This document shows, in pieces, positions 28,666 through 38,899 of a stretch of DNA of 64,000 nt. Location of the stretch: IMG/VR virus record IMGVR_UViG_3300008113_000144, positions 28,981 through 92,980 of that record; one strand, written 5' to 3'. The first letter of the stretch is position 1. Each line of letters opens with the position of its first letter. The position numbers and the translations under genes were made by a program. Source of the DNA: a virus. The notes beneath the pieces are model-generated. The model worked only from the letters and a program-made list of their open reading frames with translations, was not told the origin of the DNA and ran no database searches.

Positions 28666-29123
28666 TTACCCTGCCCCACATCAAATACCCAGATGCCACG
28701 CTGAACCCACATGTTTACAACACGCTGGCGATCATCAAAGACACCCAGAATCATGTGAGTTTTGAGGATTTCATCAGCAATCTCGCCTTTGACGACGGCA
28801 TCATCACGATGATCTTTATACTTTCTCATATACAGACCATCCCATTTGAAACCAAAGGCAGTCAACCACTCTTCTGTTTGCTCACGATAGTCGTCTGATC
28901 GACCAGATACAAAGAACAAATCACAATCCATGGTTCCTTTGCTAGCATGTAGTGCTTTATACACATAATCTACTGCTAGATGAGGAACATCTTGTCCCAA
29001 TCCTTTGTTCCAAGCATCCCAATTACGGGGTTTAGTTGCTACGTATTGACGACGATGGCGAACATCACAGATGGTGCCATCGAGATCGAAAACGAAGCAC
29101 TTCTTTCGTACCACATTCGACAT
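28653..29123 (-). CDS. HAD-family polynucleotide 3'-phosphatase (PseT C-terminal domain)
   Basis: FDLDGT, VSGR, MR..KD.R.D.VVK, FDDR..VV.MW...G. Confidence 0.9.
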   Translation of the reverse strand: MSNVVRKKCFVFDLDGTICDVRHRRQYVATKPRNWDAWNKGLGQDVPHLAVDYVYKALHASKGTMDCDLFFVSGRSDDYREQTEEWLTAFGFKWDGLYMRKYKDHRDDAVVKGEIADEILKTHMILGVFDDRQRVVNMWVQRGIWVFDVGQGKGQF

Positions 29124-29574
29124 AATCAAATCCTTCTGCTACAGTTGGTTTTTCAAATTGATGATACATTCTTTTCAGAATGTCTTTAGGAATAAACTTA
29201 CCGTCACGATGATTGTTTCGTTCCAGTGCTTCCTCTAGAGTAATTTCAAAGTAAATTGCTCCTCTATGATAGTATGATGGCAGTTTATTCAGTTTTTTCT
29301 TTCGTGCTTTGGCACTAAGATTGGTCTGATCCCAGATAATATCTTTACCATTGTCGATGGCATATGGGATCAGTTTCTCCATCATCCATGTTGCTTCTTT
29401 GATATACTTATCGAACACTTCATTATACGTTTTGCCCTCTTTTTTGGCATAGTAATCAATGTAGTAGTCCGTCGAGAGAACCACAGAATTTTTCCAATAA
29501 TCCAGAGCAAGAAGTTTATCCACATAGGTAGATTTCCCGCTGGTGGGGATACCACAAAGCATTACACATTCCAT
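29065..29574 (-). CDS. Polynucleotide kinase-like P-loop protein
   Basis: GIPTSGKST Walker A, STD, WDQTNL, ERN..R. Confidence 0.85.
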   Translation of the reverse strand: MECVMLCGIPTSGKSTYVDKLLALDYWKNSVVLSTDYYIDYYAKKEGKTYNEVFDKYIKEATWMMEKLIPYAIDNGKDIIWDQTNLSAKARKKKLNKLPSYYHRGAIYFEITLEEALERNNHRDGKFIPKDILKRMYHQFEKPTVAEGFDYVECGTKEVLRFRSRWHHL

Positions 29575-30731
29575 TGAAGACCTCCGAAGAGCCAACGATT
29601 TTGGTCAATTTTAGTTTGAGTGGTGAGTGATTTGCTGATCATGTCAACGATAGTAGCACGGGATCCTTTGCCGCCTTTCATAGCATACATGATGGGGGCG
29701 TGGATTGGCAAGATTTTGGTCTGAACAAACTGGGTAGCGAAATCCTTTTTATCAGGATACATGGTGTTACCAGCATTATACATGTCTGCCATCTCACCAG
29801 CAAGGTCGTCCACTGCCATCCAGAAGGCGTTCTGGAACGCTTTGAGGCGATGGGCGTCGTCTGGTGTCAGCAACGGAATAACGTCGTCTACAGAGTCACT
29901 GAGGATGGTCTGGAGAACGTTTTTCTCTTGGTTGATCTGTTCTTTCGATTTGTGGCGAAGAACATATTCATCCGCTTTAACTTTGACCATGTGACCAGAA
30001 TCAAAGCGAAGAACAACACCTTCACCATCATCCCATTCACGAACTTGCTTTACAAACAACTCAATGTTTTGAACAGCAAGACCAGCAAGTGCTTTTACGA
30101 CAGGAATACCAGAATGTTCTGCCAGTTCAACCATATTATAATAGGGAAGATAAGTCCCACTGAAAGTATTACGGATACCAGTGAGAATCAGTTGATCTTC
30201 TGGATAATCTACAACGATACGATTTTTACGAGAACACCACTCAAAAATAGGAGTCAGTTTAGCATCAATACAACCACGAATGAAATCATAGTAATCTAAA
30301 TCATCAGCAATGAAATACTCAGCATTCATCGCTACCTCAGTAATACCTGCTTTGGTAGCAAGACGGAAACCTTCTTTGGTAGGGATCGGACGAATCATAG
30401 ACCCATCCAGTTTCTCCAGCACTACATGAGGTTCATATAGATTAATTTTATTGATTGCCGTTTCTTCACGCTCACCAGCATTGAAAAACTTGTGATACGG
30501 ACGGGAGATAAGATTGCCAGTGGCAGTATCAAAGATCAGACCACGACATTCACGACGAATTTTCATGTTGTAATGAGATCGCTCACGAATGAGAGAGAAA
30601 GTATCCTCAAATGCTACCATGTAGTTGATAACAGTATACCAATCCTTCTCCATGACCTTGAACTCAGGACGATCTTCGATGTGTGGAATCACATCGTCAA
30701 TATGTTTGATCTCAGGAAAATCGTAATTCAT
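29562..30731 (-). CDS. rnlA: RNA ligase 1 (T4 RnlA-like)
   Basis: ECRGLIF, RPYHKFFN, EKLDGS, FEW...NRIVVDY, EGVV, VKVK..EY. Confidence 0.9.
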   Translation of the reverse strand: MNYDFPEIKHIDDVIPHIEDRPEFKVMEKDWYTVINYMVAFEDTFSLIRERSHYNMKIRRECRGLIFDTATGNLISRPYHKFFNAGEREETAINKINLYEPHVVLEKLDGSMIRPIPTKEGFRLATKAGITEVAMNAEYFIADDLDYYDFIRGCIDAKLTPIFEWCSRKNRIVVDYPEDQLILTGIRNTFSGTYLPYYNMVELAEHSGIPVVKALAGLAVQNIELFVKQVREWDDGEGVVLRFDSGHMVKVKADEYVLRHKSKEQINQEKNVLQTILSDSVDDVIPLLTPDDAHRLKAFQNAFWMAVDDLAGEMADMYNAGNTMYPDKKDFATQFVQTKILPIHAPIMYAMKGGKGSRATIVDMISKSLTTQTKIDQNRWLFGGLQWNV

Positions 30732-30752
30732 GATTTTGTTTGAATTGTTGAT

Positions 30753-30781
30753 AGTATAAAACCCCTCAACACAATTGTCAA
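30753..30781 (-). promoter_or_regulatory. sigma70-type promoter of RNA-repair operon
   Basis: TTGACA-17-TATACT. Confidence 0.8.
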
Positions 30782-30798
30782 GGGGTCATTGATAAGTG

Positions 30799-31206
30799 TT
30801 ACGGATAGTGAGCAAGGATTTCAACAGTATATTTTATCTGTCCGCCAAACCCAGTAAATGTTGGGTCAACTTCTGCTTTAATTTCTGTTATAACTCCCTT
30901 TCCTCTTGCTACATCTTCCATAACTTTATGGAATTGCTGTTCGATATTTGTTTGATATGGGATAGCAACATTTCTGTGATATGTTCCTATCGTTGAACAT
31001 GTTATTCCATTAGAAACGAGAAGATTATTTGGATGAACATAATTACCAGTTAAAGTAATTCCTGTGTTTGTTAGTTGTGCTGTAGGAATTACAAACTGAT
31101 CTTGTTCTTCTTCAACTTTTTCGGTAGTTTCTTCTATTACTTCTTCTATAGATTCTGGTTTTTCGCCATAAACTTCTTCAAATTTATCAAGTAGTGGGTT
31201 GCTCAT
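30799..31206 (-). CDS. Hypothetical protein
   Basis: ORF with acidic N-terminus. Confidence 0.65.
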   Translation of the reverse strand: MSNPLLDKFEEVYGEKPESIEEVIEETTEKVEEEQDQFVIPTAQLTNTGITLTGNYVHPNNLLVSNGITCSTIGTYHRNVAIPYQTNIEQQFHKVMEDVARGKGVITEIKAEVDPTFTGFGGQIKYTVEILAHYP

Positions 31207-31546
31207 AATCATCGTCCCATGGTGCTTTATGACTTAATACTCTAGCAATACTTTCATTAAATTGTGGTGGTTCGTTAAGTTTTTCCACAAGATTATCAAA
31301 ATCTTCTTTCGATAATGTAATACGTTCTGGCGGATAAGATCCTTTCCCCCAGAACTCTTCAAACCTATGAACGTAATTCATATGATCCCAACCATGATTG
31401 AGATTCAACCAAAAATCAGCATATCGTTGGTGATCATCCATTCTCCAATAATCATGATTAATAAGACGATACCAATACCAGAAAATTGTATACTTAATCG
31501 GACTAAATCCGATTATCCACTTGTTTAGCCACACTGGAAAGTTCAT
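31187..31546 (-). CDS. Trp-rich protein with C-terminal DUF1778-like segment
   Basis: ITLSKEDFDNLVEKLNEPPQFNESIARVL. Confidence 0.55.
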   Translation of the reverse strand: MNFPVWLNKWIIGFSPIKYTIFWYWYRLINHDYWRMDDHQRYADFWLNLNHGWDHMNYVHRFEEFWGKGSYPPERITLSKEDFDNLVEKLNEPPQFNESIARVLSHKAPWDDDYEQPTT

Positions 31547-34500
31547 TGTCGATACCAGTTCAAATCACGTTGACGATAAGCAAGGAAATCAAATGAGAAT
31601 GTCAGTTTGTAGATAGTAATTGTAAATCCAAACAAACTTTCTCCTAAAATATTAACTAGAAGAATAGGTCTACATGGCCAATCATTCCAATCAAAGTTAA
31701 ATTGAAACAGATTGAATAAATTTGTACAAAATATGTTCAGATACCATTCATGACCAAAATCATAACAATAAAAGTAATCAAACAATTTCACGGCAAGTTC
31801 TCCAGTTCTTTGGATAATCTCATCATATCACCCTTGTCGATCACTGTCAAGTTGTCCAGTCTTGCTGCTGTCATGGTCTTGACATGTTCCATGGTTTTAC
31901 GAATAATAGCAGCGACCAGCTTTTGCTCTGTATCTGCCCAAGTGTTTCTTTCATTCCACACTTGTTCCATTAGTTTTTGTGCTCTTTCTGTCATTGGTCA
32001 CATAAGTCCATAGGTGGATAATAGGTTCTGGTATCTCCAGTTTCGGATGTCATCTTATCATTCATCTCAAACCATGTCAAGTTAAGCATATACCAGAACG
32101 TTGCCCAATATCCATCATACCATGTCAGACCATCACCTTCGTCAGCATAATGTGCCCACTCAACTGTATCAGTTGGCAGCGACATCCAATGCTTCCAATA
32201 ATCAAAAATGAGTGTAGTATGTTTGAGTGTTTCCATAATTAAGATAATGCCAAAAAAGTTTTCTCATTCTATCTTCATTTGGGTATCCATCAAGATGGTT
32301 CCACATATGATTTCTCCAAGAATATACACAATACTCAAAGAGATAGAGTGATGTCCAGATAGTCCATTTCTTCCAAGTATCTTTTGTCACTTGAGAACCT
32401 CATCAACATCAACAACACCATAACCATCAATACCAAGTTTAAACCTTACAAAATCAGTAAGGTCTGTAGCATCTTGTTCATAAACACAGTACCCACCATT
32501 ACTATCACTTTCAGTGTAGTTGGTGAAATAATCGTCAAATGCTACCATAATGGCAAGAGCACGAGACTGATCATGTTCTGTAATGGTCTTATGTGGATGT
32601 GCCACAATACGAGTGATACAATCAAACAACTCTTCACGGGTGTAAGAAAATGCTTTTGCTTCTTCGTTGAGTTTGTAAGTCATAGATCATACGGGTGTTG
32701 AGGGTCTCTGGTCCAAAGTTTAGTATATACTAGCCATTTTTCTTGTTTGCTGTCCATTTCAGCAGTCCAGTGGATACCATTCTCATCAATAGCATCAAGG
32801 TAATGAATACCTTTACGGTCATCAATTACACGGGTAACAGTTATAAACTTTACTTTTTCAACCATCCTTCCACTCCTCGTAGCGTGTTCGGATTCTACCA
32901 TCATTCACAAAAACATTCAAGTGCCCTGTGCTACCATTCTCAAAATAGAATGCCATCCACACATGATGCCCTTCATCCATCACCTCATAATGATATGCTT
33001 TGATGTTATCAAGCAGAAACTCATCAGGGTCGTAGAGTTCTTTATCCATGATTAAGAGAAGTTGTAGTGAACACGAGTGTGGAAATCTTTGTAGCAACTC
33101 TTATTAGAGAGCTTCATCATCACAGGAGGAATGTAGTATGAATATTCACTGAAGAAATCTTCTTTACTGAGGAATCTGAGACCATGAAGATGCCAAGTGC
33201 CAAACTGCTCATGGAATGCTCTCACAGCACGATATTCTTTGGTTGTACAAGAAACATACCTATTGGTAGATGTTTCAAAATCTTCAGGATGACCAGGATT
33301 CGCCTGTGTCATCATAATACACACGGTTTGACCTTCACCTGTGCCGAAGTATTCGGAAACCATATACACCCAATGCTCATCCACTGGGAATACATCACGT
33401 TGATACTTCTGCTCGTATTCTTTCATACAAGCATCGGCAACCAGTTGAAAGTTTTCTTTCTTCTTTGCTTGTAGTTCTTCAATCAGTTCTTCATGTTCAA
33501 TTTTACGAAGTTCTTTGAGAGCATCGGAATACTTATCAATACCAGCAATAGCAGTTCTCACAGCATCCATTCGTTCCTCCTTTTCAATATCAGCAAGTTC
33601 TTTTAGAGCATCGCTATTTTCAGCATACAGTTTTTCTACTGCTTCCCATGCTTTTTTGTTTGCTTCCTCTCGCTTTGCTGCTTCTTCAAGCATTTCTTCG
33701 TGTGTCATAAATCCATCGTATTGTGTGTTTAACCAAGGAGTATCATCTTTTTTTGAAGCCCAGCCTAAATTTGGCCATGTATCACGGTAGATTTCGTTGA
33801 GTTTCTCGTTGTCATAGATCATCATCTAACTCCACATCTTTTACAAGATCTTTAAGACGATCAAAGAAATCTTCATCAAGCGGAATCAGTTTTTCTTCGC
33901 CACGATCAATACGATCACACATTTCCATCAAATCTTCAAGGAAGAATTTAGGATAGCATTCATCTTCTCCAAGAGATACCCAAAACCATTCATAACATTC
34001 TGTAAAAGGATCGTCAGTGTGAAGTAAAGTATAATCTTTGAAATTATCTGTCATGAGATCACGCCAAATTCGGAATGCTCCATGAATACTTTGCCATCCA
34101 GTCATCCAACAGTGACCAATCCAATACTCCCACCAATTCATTGTGGTTTTCTTAGATGCTGTTCCTTTTACAGATTTTGAAAATGTCATAGAAGATCGGA
34201 AATAATCAAGTTAACTTCTTCGATAATCTCTTCTTTGAGTTTATCGTAATCAGATTTGGGTGCCTCGCTGGTTTCTTCTTTTTCTTTTGATTTGGCAGCG
34301 TATTCAAGTTGAACAATCGTTGCTTGGAGAGTGATAATTTTGCTCTCAAGATCTCGTAAATGCTGCTCCAGGGGAACACAAGAACCAGAGTTGGTGTTGA
34401 CAGTAATTTCCATGATAAAGATTAATAAGAGTCAGTTCTTGGCGAGTTCAATGTAGAGCTTTTCGTATTTCATTTCAAGAAGCTCTACCATGTCATAATC

Positions 34501-34785
34501 ATCATACTCCTCCAATTCATTCAAAAGTTCCTTGGTGGTTGCCAATGAATTAAGGAGTTTTATCACTTTTAAATGTGTCATTAGTCAGACGCTCTCCAAC
34601 TTCTTGCTAGTGGTGAGGACTGATACTCTTCAACTGCTTGGAGAATCATGTGAGCAGATTCTAAAGCATCTGCTTCATCCCAGCCATCATCTTGCTGCCC
34701 ACTAATATAATAAGCATACAGATGATCTTTAATCACGTCCATCAGTCGGTCATACTTGGTCATGAGATCGGTTTGAACTACAGTC

Positions 34786-34814
34786 AGTATAGGGGCTCAG
34801 GCGTCGTCTGTCAA
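34786..34814 (-). promoter_or_regulatory. sigma70-type promoter without box
   Basis: TTGACA-17-TATACT. Confidence 0.75.
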
Positions 34815-35496
34815 GCGGTCTGTGTTGATCTTAAGATCTTTTTCCAGTTGCCTGGTCATCCTCTCAACACGCCACTTGAGAGTCCAGCGTGGGATTGGGT
34901 TGATAGGGTGAAACCTGACAATCCACCATGCTCTCTTGAGTTGAACTCCAGCATAGCGAACCATCAGGTCAATGAATATAGCTACATTTTTATCTACTAC
35001 CATCATATAAGCAATGATAGCAAAAATAGCAAATATTAGGTAGTAGTAAGTCATGTTATCTATTATAGAAACGCCTATCGAATTTATCTTTCATCAAAGA
35101 TGATATATTTTCAAATCTTAACTGACACACATTTATCCATGATTGAATGTCTGAAAGATACTGATTAATGTCAGCAGAATTATCAATATACCATTGATTA
35201 GATTCTTGAATATCAAAATATGATATATTATTTTTCGTAAATATTAGATTTAGTTCTGAAGTATAGTATATTTTACGATAACGATAATCAATAAATTGGG
35301 TAAAGTTATCAATTAAAATACCTGTTTCTACTGCCAATCTCAACCCCGTTAAATGATTAACAATAGCAGTACAATTGGTCTCAACTATTTTATCATAACC
35401 AGTATAGTTATACCCATTAATAGCAGATTCTAAATCTCGGGAAAATCTTTCTAATTTTTGTAATCCTTCTATTAGGGTCATCGTGGTCTTTTTTTA

Positions 35497-35655
35497 TTAT
35501 TTATTTTGAGAACCAACCTTTTTCATTTCTATAGAACAATCATTACAAAAATAAGAAAATCCAGTTTTAAAGGACTTTACGATTTGATAATGATCTTTAT
35601 TCAGGGGTTTTTCTACCCCACACCGAGAACAATGCCTACTTGTTGTCGTAGTCAA
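35497..35655 (-). CDS. Small zinc-finger protein
   Basis: CSRCGVEKPL...YFCNDC; start uncertain (TTG). Confidence 0.55.
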   Translation of the reverse strand: MTTTTSRHCSRCGVEKPLNKDHYQIVKSFKTGFSYFCNDCSIEMKKVGSQNK

Positions 35656-35846
35656 GTTGTTCCCAGTCTCCCCGTTCTTTTTTACGGAGACTCTTAAGTT
35701 CTTTATAAAGTTTTTTAATTTCTTGATAAGCATCTTCAGGACTCATTTTGTCGGCAATTTCAAGACCAGCGATTAAACCTACTTTATCGCCAAAGCGAGC
35801 TAGTGCTCGTTCAAATTCTGTTAAGCTTTCGTACATAGGCAACCTG

Positions 35847-36686
35847 TCAGTTCATAAACGATTCTAGCACACTTTTGGGTTTTGGCTTTGGATGTTCTGG
35901 TTTCTTAACAATGATCAGCTCAGTCTTGTCATACCTCTTGGTTCCTGACATTTGATATGGAAATGTGAGATACCTAAATTCAGTCCACCCTTCATACAAG
36001 TTACGAACACTTTCGCTGTTGTCATAAGACATCACAAAGCCACCACGATGAGACTTTAGAATCCTAGCAAATTCTTCGTGATCAAATGTTTTGTGTAGCT
36101 CGCCATCCTTTCCATAATAATGACTCACAGTTTCGTAATATGGCGGATCAAGGTACATGAAATCATCTACATGCTTAGGAATAGTGTCGAAACAACTACC
36201 GTAGCTGAAGCTGAAGTTAGGATTGTAGAATTTCCTGAGCTTTTCAATGCCAACAAGACGAAACTCAGCACGAGAACGTACAGTAGAACAACCGATCTTG
36301 CCGCTGTAAGACCCTTTAATAGCAATATAAAATGCCCAAGCACGAGTAAACTTATCCTCGTGATCGAGCAGTGGCAAGAAAGATTTGTAGTGGTCACTAT
36401 CTTTTAATGGATAGTGCTTGGAAACCTCAGCAGCAATACGATCGCCGCCCTCGGTAGTCAGAATTTCCCAGAAATCAGCAAGAGAACGGAAAATATCGTA
36501 TGCTTGTACCTTGATTCCTTGGGACGCTAAAAGCATTTCTACAGAACCACCACCAAGGAAAGGAGAAACAACATAATCTACACCAGGATAAACATCCTTG
36601 ATGATGTCAATAATTTCATTCTTCATCCTGTTCTTGCCACCAGCGTAGCGATACAGGGAATGGTTGGTCACTTTAGATGGGGCCAT
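35847..36686 (-). CDS. DNA adenine methyltransferase (Dam/D12 class)
   Basis: RYAGGK, SPFLGGGSV, YLDPPY, MSYD motifs. Confidence 0.92.
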   Translation of the reverse strand: MAPSKVTNHSLYRYAGGKNRMKNEIIDIIKDVYPGVDYVVSPFLGGGSVEMLLASQGIKVQAYDIFRSLADFWEILTTEGGDRIAAEVSKHYPLKDSDHYKSFLPLLDHEDKFTRAWAFYIAIKGSYSGKIGCSTVRSRAEFRLVGIEKLRKFYNPNFSFSYGSCFDTIPKHVDDFMYLDPPYYETVSHYYGKDGELHKTFDHEEFARILKSHRGGFVMSYDNSESVRNLYEGWTEFRYLTFPYQMSGTKRYDKTELIIVKKPEHPKPKPKSVLESFMN

Positions 36687-37654
36687 GAATAGTTGTTCCG
36701 AACGATACTGTTGTAAAACTTTTCCCTATTATAACCTGGATTGATGTGGTTTGACAACTCAATGATCTCCATGTTAAACAGGGCGTAGTCCTCACGCTGG
36801 ATTTGACCGTTGAGGTAGTTGCTCCTAAACAGTCTAGCACACTGGTAGATGTCCCGTGCTAGGTCAGGATCACCGAACAAGTGCTCGGCAGCAATCGTGT
36901 TGAGGATGTCCACATAGTTGCCCTGGGTGCCGCCAGCCCGCTTGATACCAGAAGTCTTGAGGATACGAAACTCACTCAGCGAAGACATACCAATGTTACG
37001 CCACACATACTTGTCGTATTTGGTGGTGGTACGAGTGAGCCAATACTGACACAGTTCATGCTCGCTCATCGAAAGAATCTCAGCTTTCATCTTATGATTA
37101 CGCTTCACAGCGTCCTTCATAGATTTATACCAGATGTTGTATTCCATTTCGCCCATTTCATAGCGACGCTCACAGCGTTCTATAAAGTTCTTAGCAGACT
37201 GCTTTTTGTTTTCGTTAATGTTAGCGAGAACAAGCACAATATTCTCTGGACGATCCCCAGCAGTAGGATCAATATGCTCTACCTGGAAATCTAGAATGTG
37301 GTACGGACCATCGCCACTGTAGGCACAGCAACGGTCCTGATTCAAATACATCTGTGTGATCATGATGCCCCTGGCTTCTGTAGGATTAGCACCAGGAGCA
37401 CCGATAGTATCGGTAGCGGGATCGTAGTATCCAGCCAGAAGTTGCTGTCCAGACTTACGAATATCTGTCTGCTCTTCTTTAGTGAAGGTGGCATATGCTT
37501 GAGCAGCAGACTCCCAAGAAAAATCATTGATCTTTGCTTGAGCAATAATAGCTTCAGCATGACCAGTAATAAGATCTTTACGAGCGATCACACCTTCAAG
37601 TTGTTTGAAGGTGAGTAGCTGATCCTTGTAATCAATTGAACGTTTGAGAGTCAT
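36668..37654 (-). CDS. HNH-domain protein, putative endonuclease
   Basis: CAYSG...QVEHIDP...ENIVLV..NINENK. Confidence 0.7.
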   Translation of the reverse strand: MTLKRSIDYKDQLLTFKQLEGVIARKDLITGHAEAIIAQAKINDFSWESAAQAYATFTKEEQTDIRKSGQQLLAGYYDPATDTIGAPGANPTEARGIMITQMYLNQDRCCAYSGDGPYHILDFQVEHIDPTAGDRPENIVLVLANINENKKQSAKNFIERCERRYEMGEMEYNIWYKSMKDAVKRNHKMKAEILSMSEHELCQYWLTRTTTKYDKYVWRNIGMSSLSEFRILKTSGIKRAGGTQGNYVDILNTIAAEHLFGDPDLARDIYQCARLFRSNYLNGQIQREDYALFNMEIIELSNHINPGYNREKFYNSIVRNNYSWPHLK

Positions 37655-38877
37655 CGTACATCAATGGCGGGTTGACCTTTAACAAAAATGGTGTCTACGA
37701 CTTCTTCCAGACGACGCTGGGTTTTCTTGCCGTAGTTCTTGAAGACAGGCACAGTCACGAAACCAGTGGACTTTCGGTACATGGCGAAGTTTCCTGCCTC
37801 AATCTTACCACAGGCAACGTCACGGGCGTCATCCTTGTTAAGACGGATAACACGACCGATGGTTTGTGCCATTTCCACAATTGGCAGGTTACGAAGCAGA
37901 ATGGTATGAGTCAGACCGTGAACGTTGATGCCTTCAGACAAAATGCTGTAGTGGAAGATGATGAACTTACGCTCAGGATCTTGACCCCAAGCGTTGAAGG
38001 TGTCGAAGAATGTCTCACGATCGACTTTAGTTTGATTCACATAAGCACCGAACTTGCTGGTAATATGGAGAACATCAAAACCACGCTCAGCGAGCTGTGT
38101 CAGGACTTTGGTGCTAGACAGCATCTGCCACAATACTTTGCTGCTAGGAGCAGCCACAAGCACCTTCTGGGCGTTCCTAGCGTCCAGTCCGTCGATCATG
38201 TCGATGAGGGTGCTAGCGTCGTTGTCAGCAGCACTGAGACCCTTCTGGCGTTCATAATCTACTTCATGAACTTGAATAGTTGGAGGAAGAATATTGCCTT
38301 GCTCAACAAGCTCAGGAGCAGAAATGTTAGAGATAATCTGACCAAACACAATCTTGTTGTTCATGCCAGTGCCAAGCGAAGAACGACGATGCTTGGGGGT
38401 AGCAGTGAAGTAATAGTAATTGGTAGCATTACACTCAGCAACGGAACTGAAGAAATCAGTACGAGTAGCGTTGTGTGCTTCGTCGTAATAAGCCACATCA
38501 ATATTGATTTCAGACTCGTTCACACGACGAAGAGAGTTGTACGTCGTAAAGATCAGCTTATGATTATCTACAATCTCATCCCAAGCAGCAATCACATCAG
38601 GCTTGGTAGTGCTCTTGTGGTGGCTTTCGCCACTGTGAACATGAAGAACGTTAGCAAAATCAATGTGCTCAAGAAACTCACTGGACAGTTGCTCTGCCAG
38701 GAGAATACGTGGAGCACACACAACAATGGTCAATGGTCTGCTAGATTCGTTCATCCGACGAATAGCATCAAAAATCATGATGAGAGTCTTGCCAGCTCCA
38801 GTCGGAGCGATGATCTGCCCAAACTGGTGCTTTTTGAGAGCGGCAAGACTCTGCTCTTGTTGGGGGCGGAGTTTCAT
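37651..38877 (-). CDS. Superfamily II DExH helicase (ResIII-like)
   Basis: LRPQQ, PTGAGKT, DEAH, TATP, SEGINV, QTIGRVIR. Confidence 0.9.
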   Translation of the reverse strand: MKLRPQQEQSLAALKKHQFGQIIAPTGAGKTLIMIFDAIRRMNESSRPLTIVVCAPRILLAEQLSSEFLEHIDFANVLHVHSGESHHKSTTKPDVIAAWDEIVDNHKLIFTTYNSLRRVNESEINIDVAYYDEAHNATRTDFFSSVAECNATNYYYFTATPKHRRSSLGTGMNNKIVFGQIISNISAPELVEQGNILPPTIQVHEVDYERQKGLSAADNDASTLIDMIDGLDARNAQKVLVAAPSSKVLWQMLSSTKVLTQLAERGFDVLHITSKFGAYVNQTKVDRETFFDTFNAWGQDPERKFIIFHYSILSEGINVHGLTHTILLRNLPIVEMAQTIGRVIRLNKDDARDVACGKIEAGNFAMYRKSTGFVTVPVFKNYGKKTQRRLEEVVDTIFVKGQPAIDVR

Positions 38878-38899
38878 GGCAAATCAGGTCAATAAAGAT

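Larger units (their letters stand above)
31543..35842 (-). other. Run of about 15 small hypothetical ORFs, several Trp-rich
   Basis: 31543-31791, 31788-31994, 31991-32236, 32202-32390, 32387-32683, 33052-33825, 33812-34189, 34186-34413, 34581-34763, 34797-35054, 35056-35481, 35636-35842 etc. Confidence 0.7.

Noticed and set aside
31281-31289. Single TTTTCCACA
   Set aside because: Isolated and inside a coding region; expected by chance
37672-38895. 407-aa plus-strand ORF and other plus-strand ORFs in the track (e.g. 8817-9479, 20550-21395, 29700-30299)
   Set aside because: Antisense shadows of well-supported minus-strand genes; no recognisable motifs or promoters
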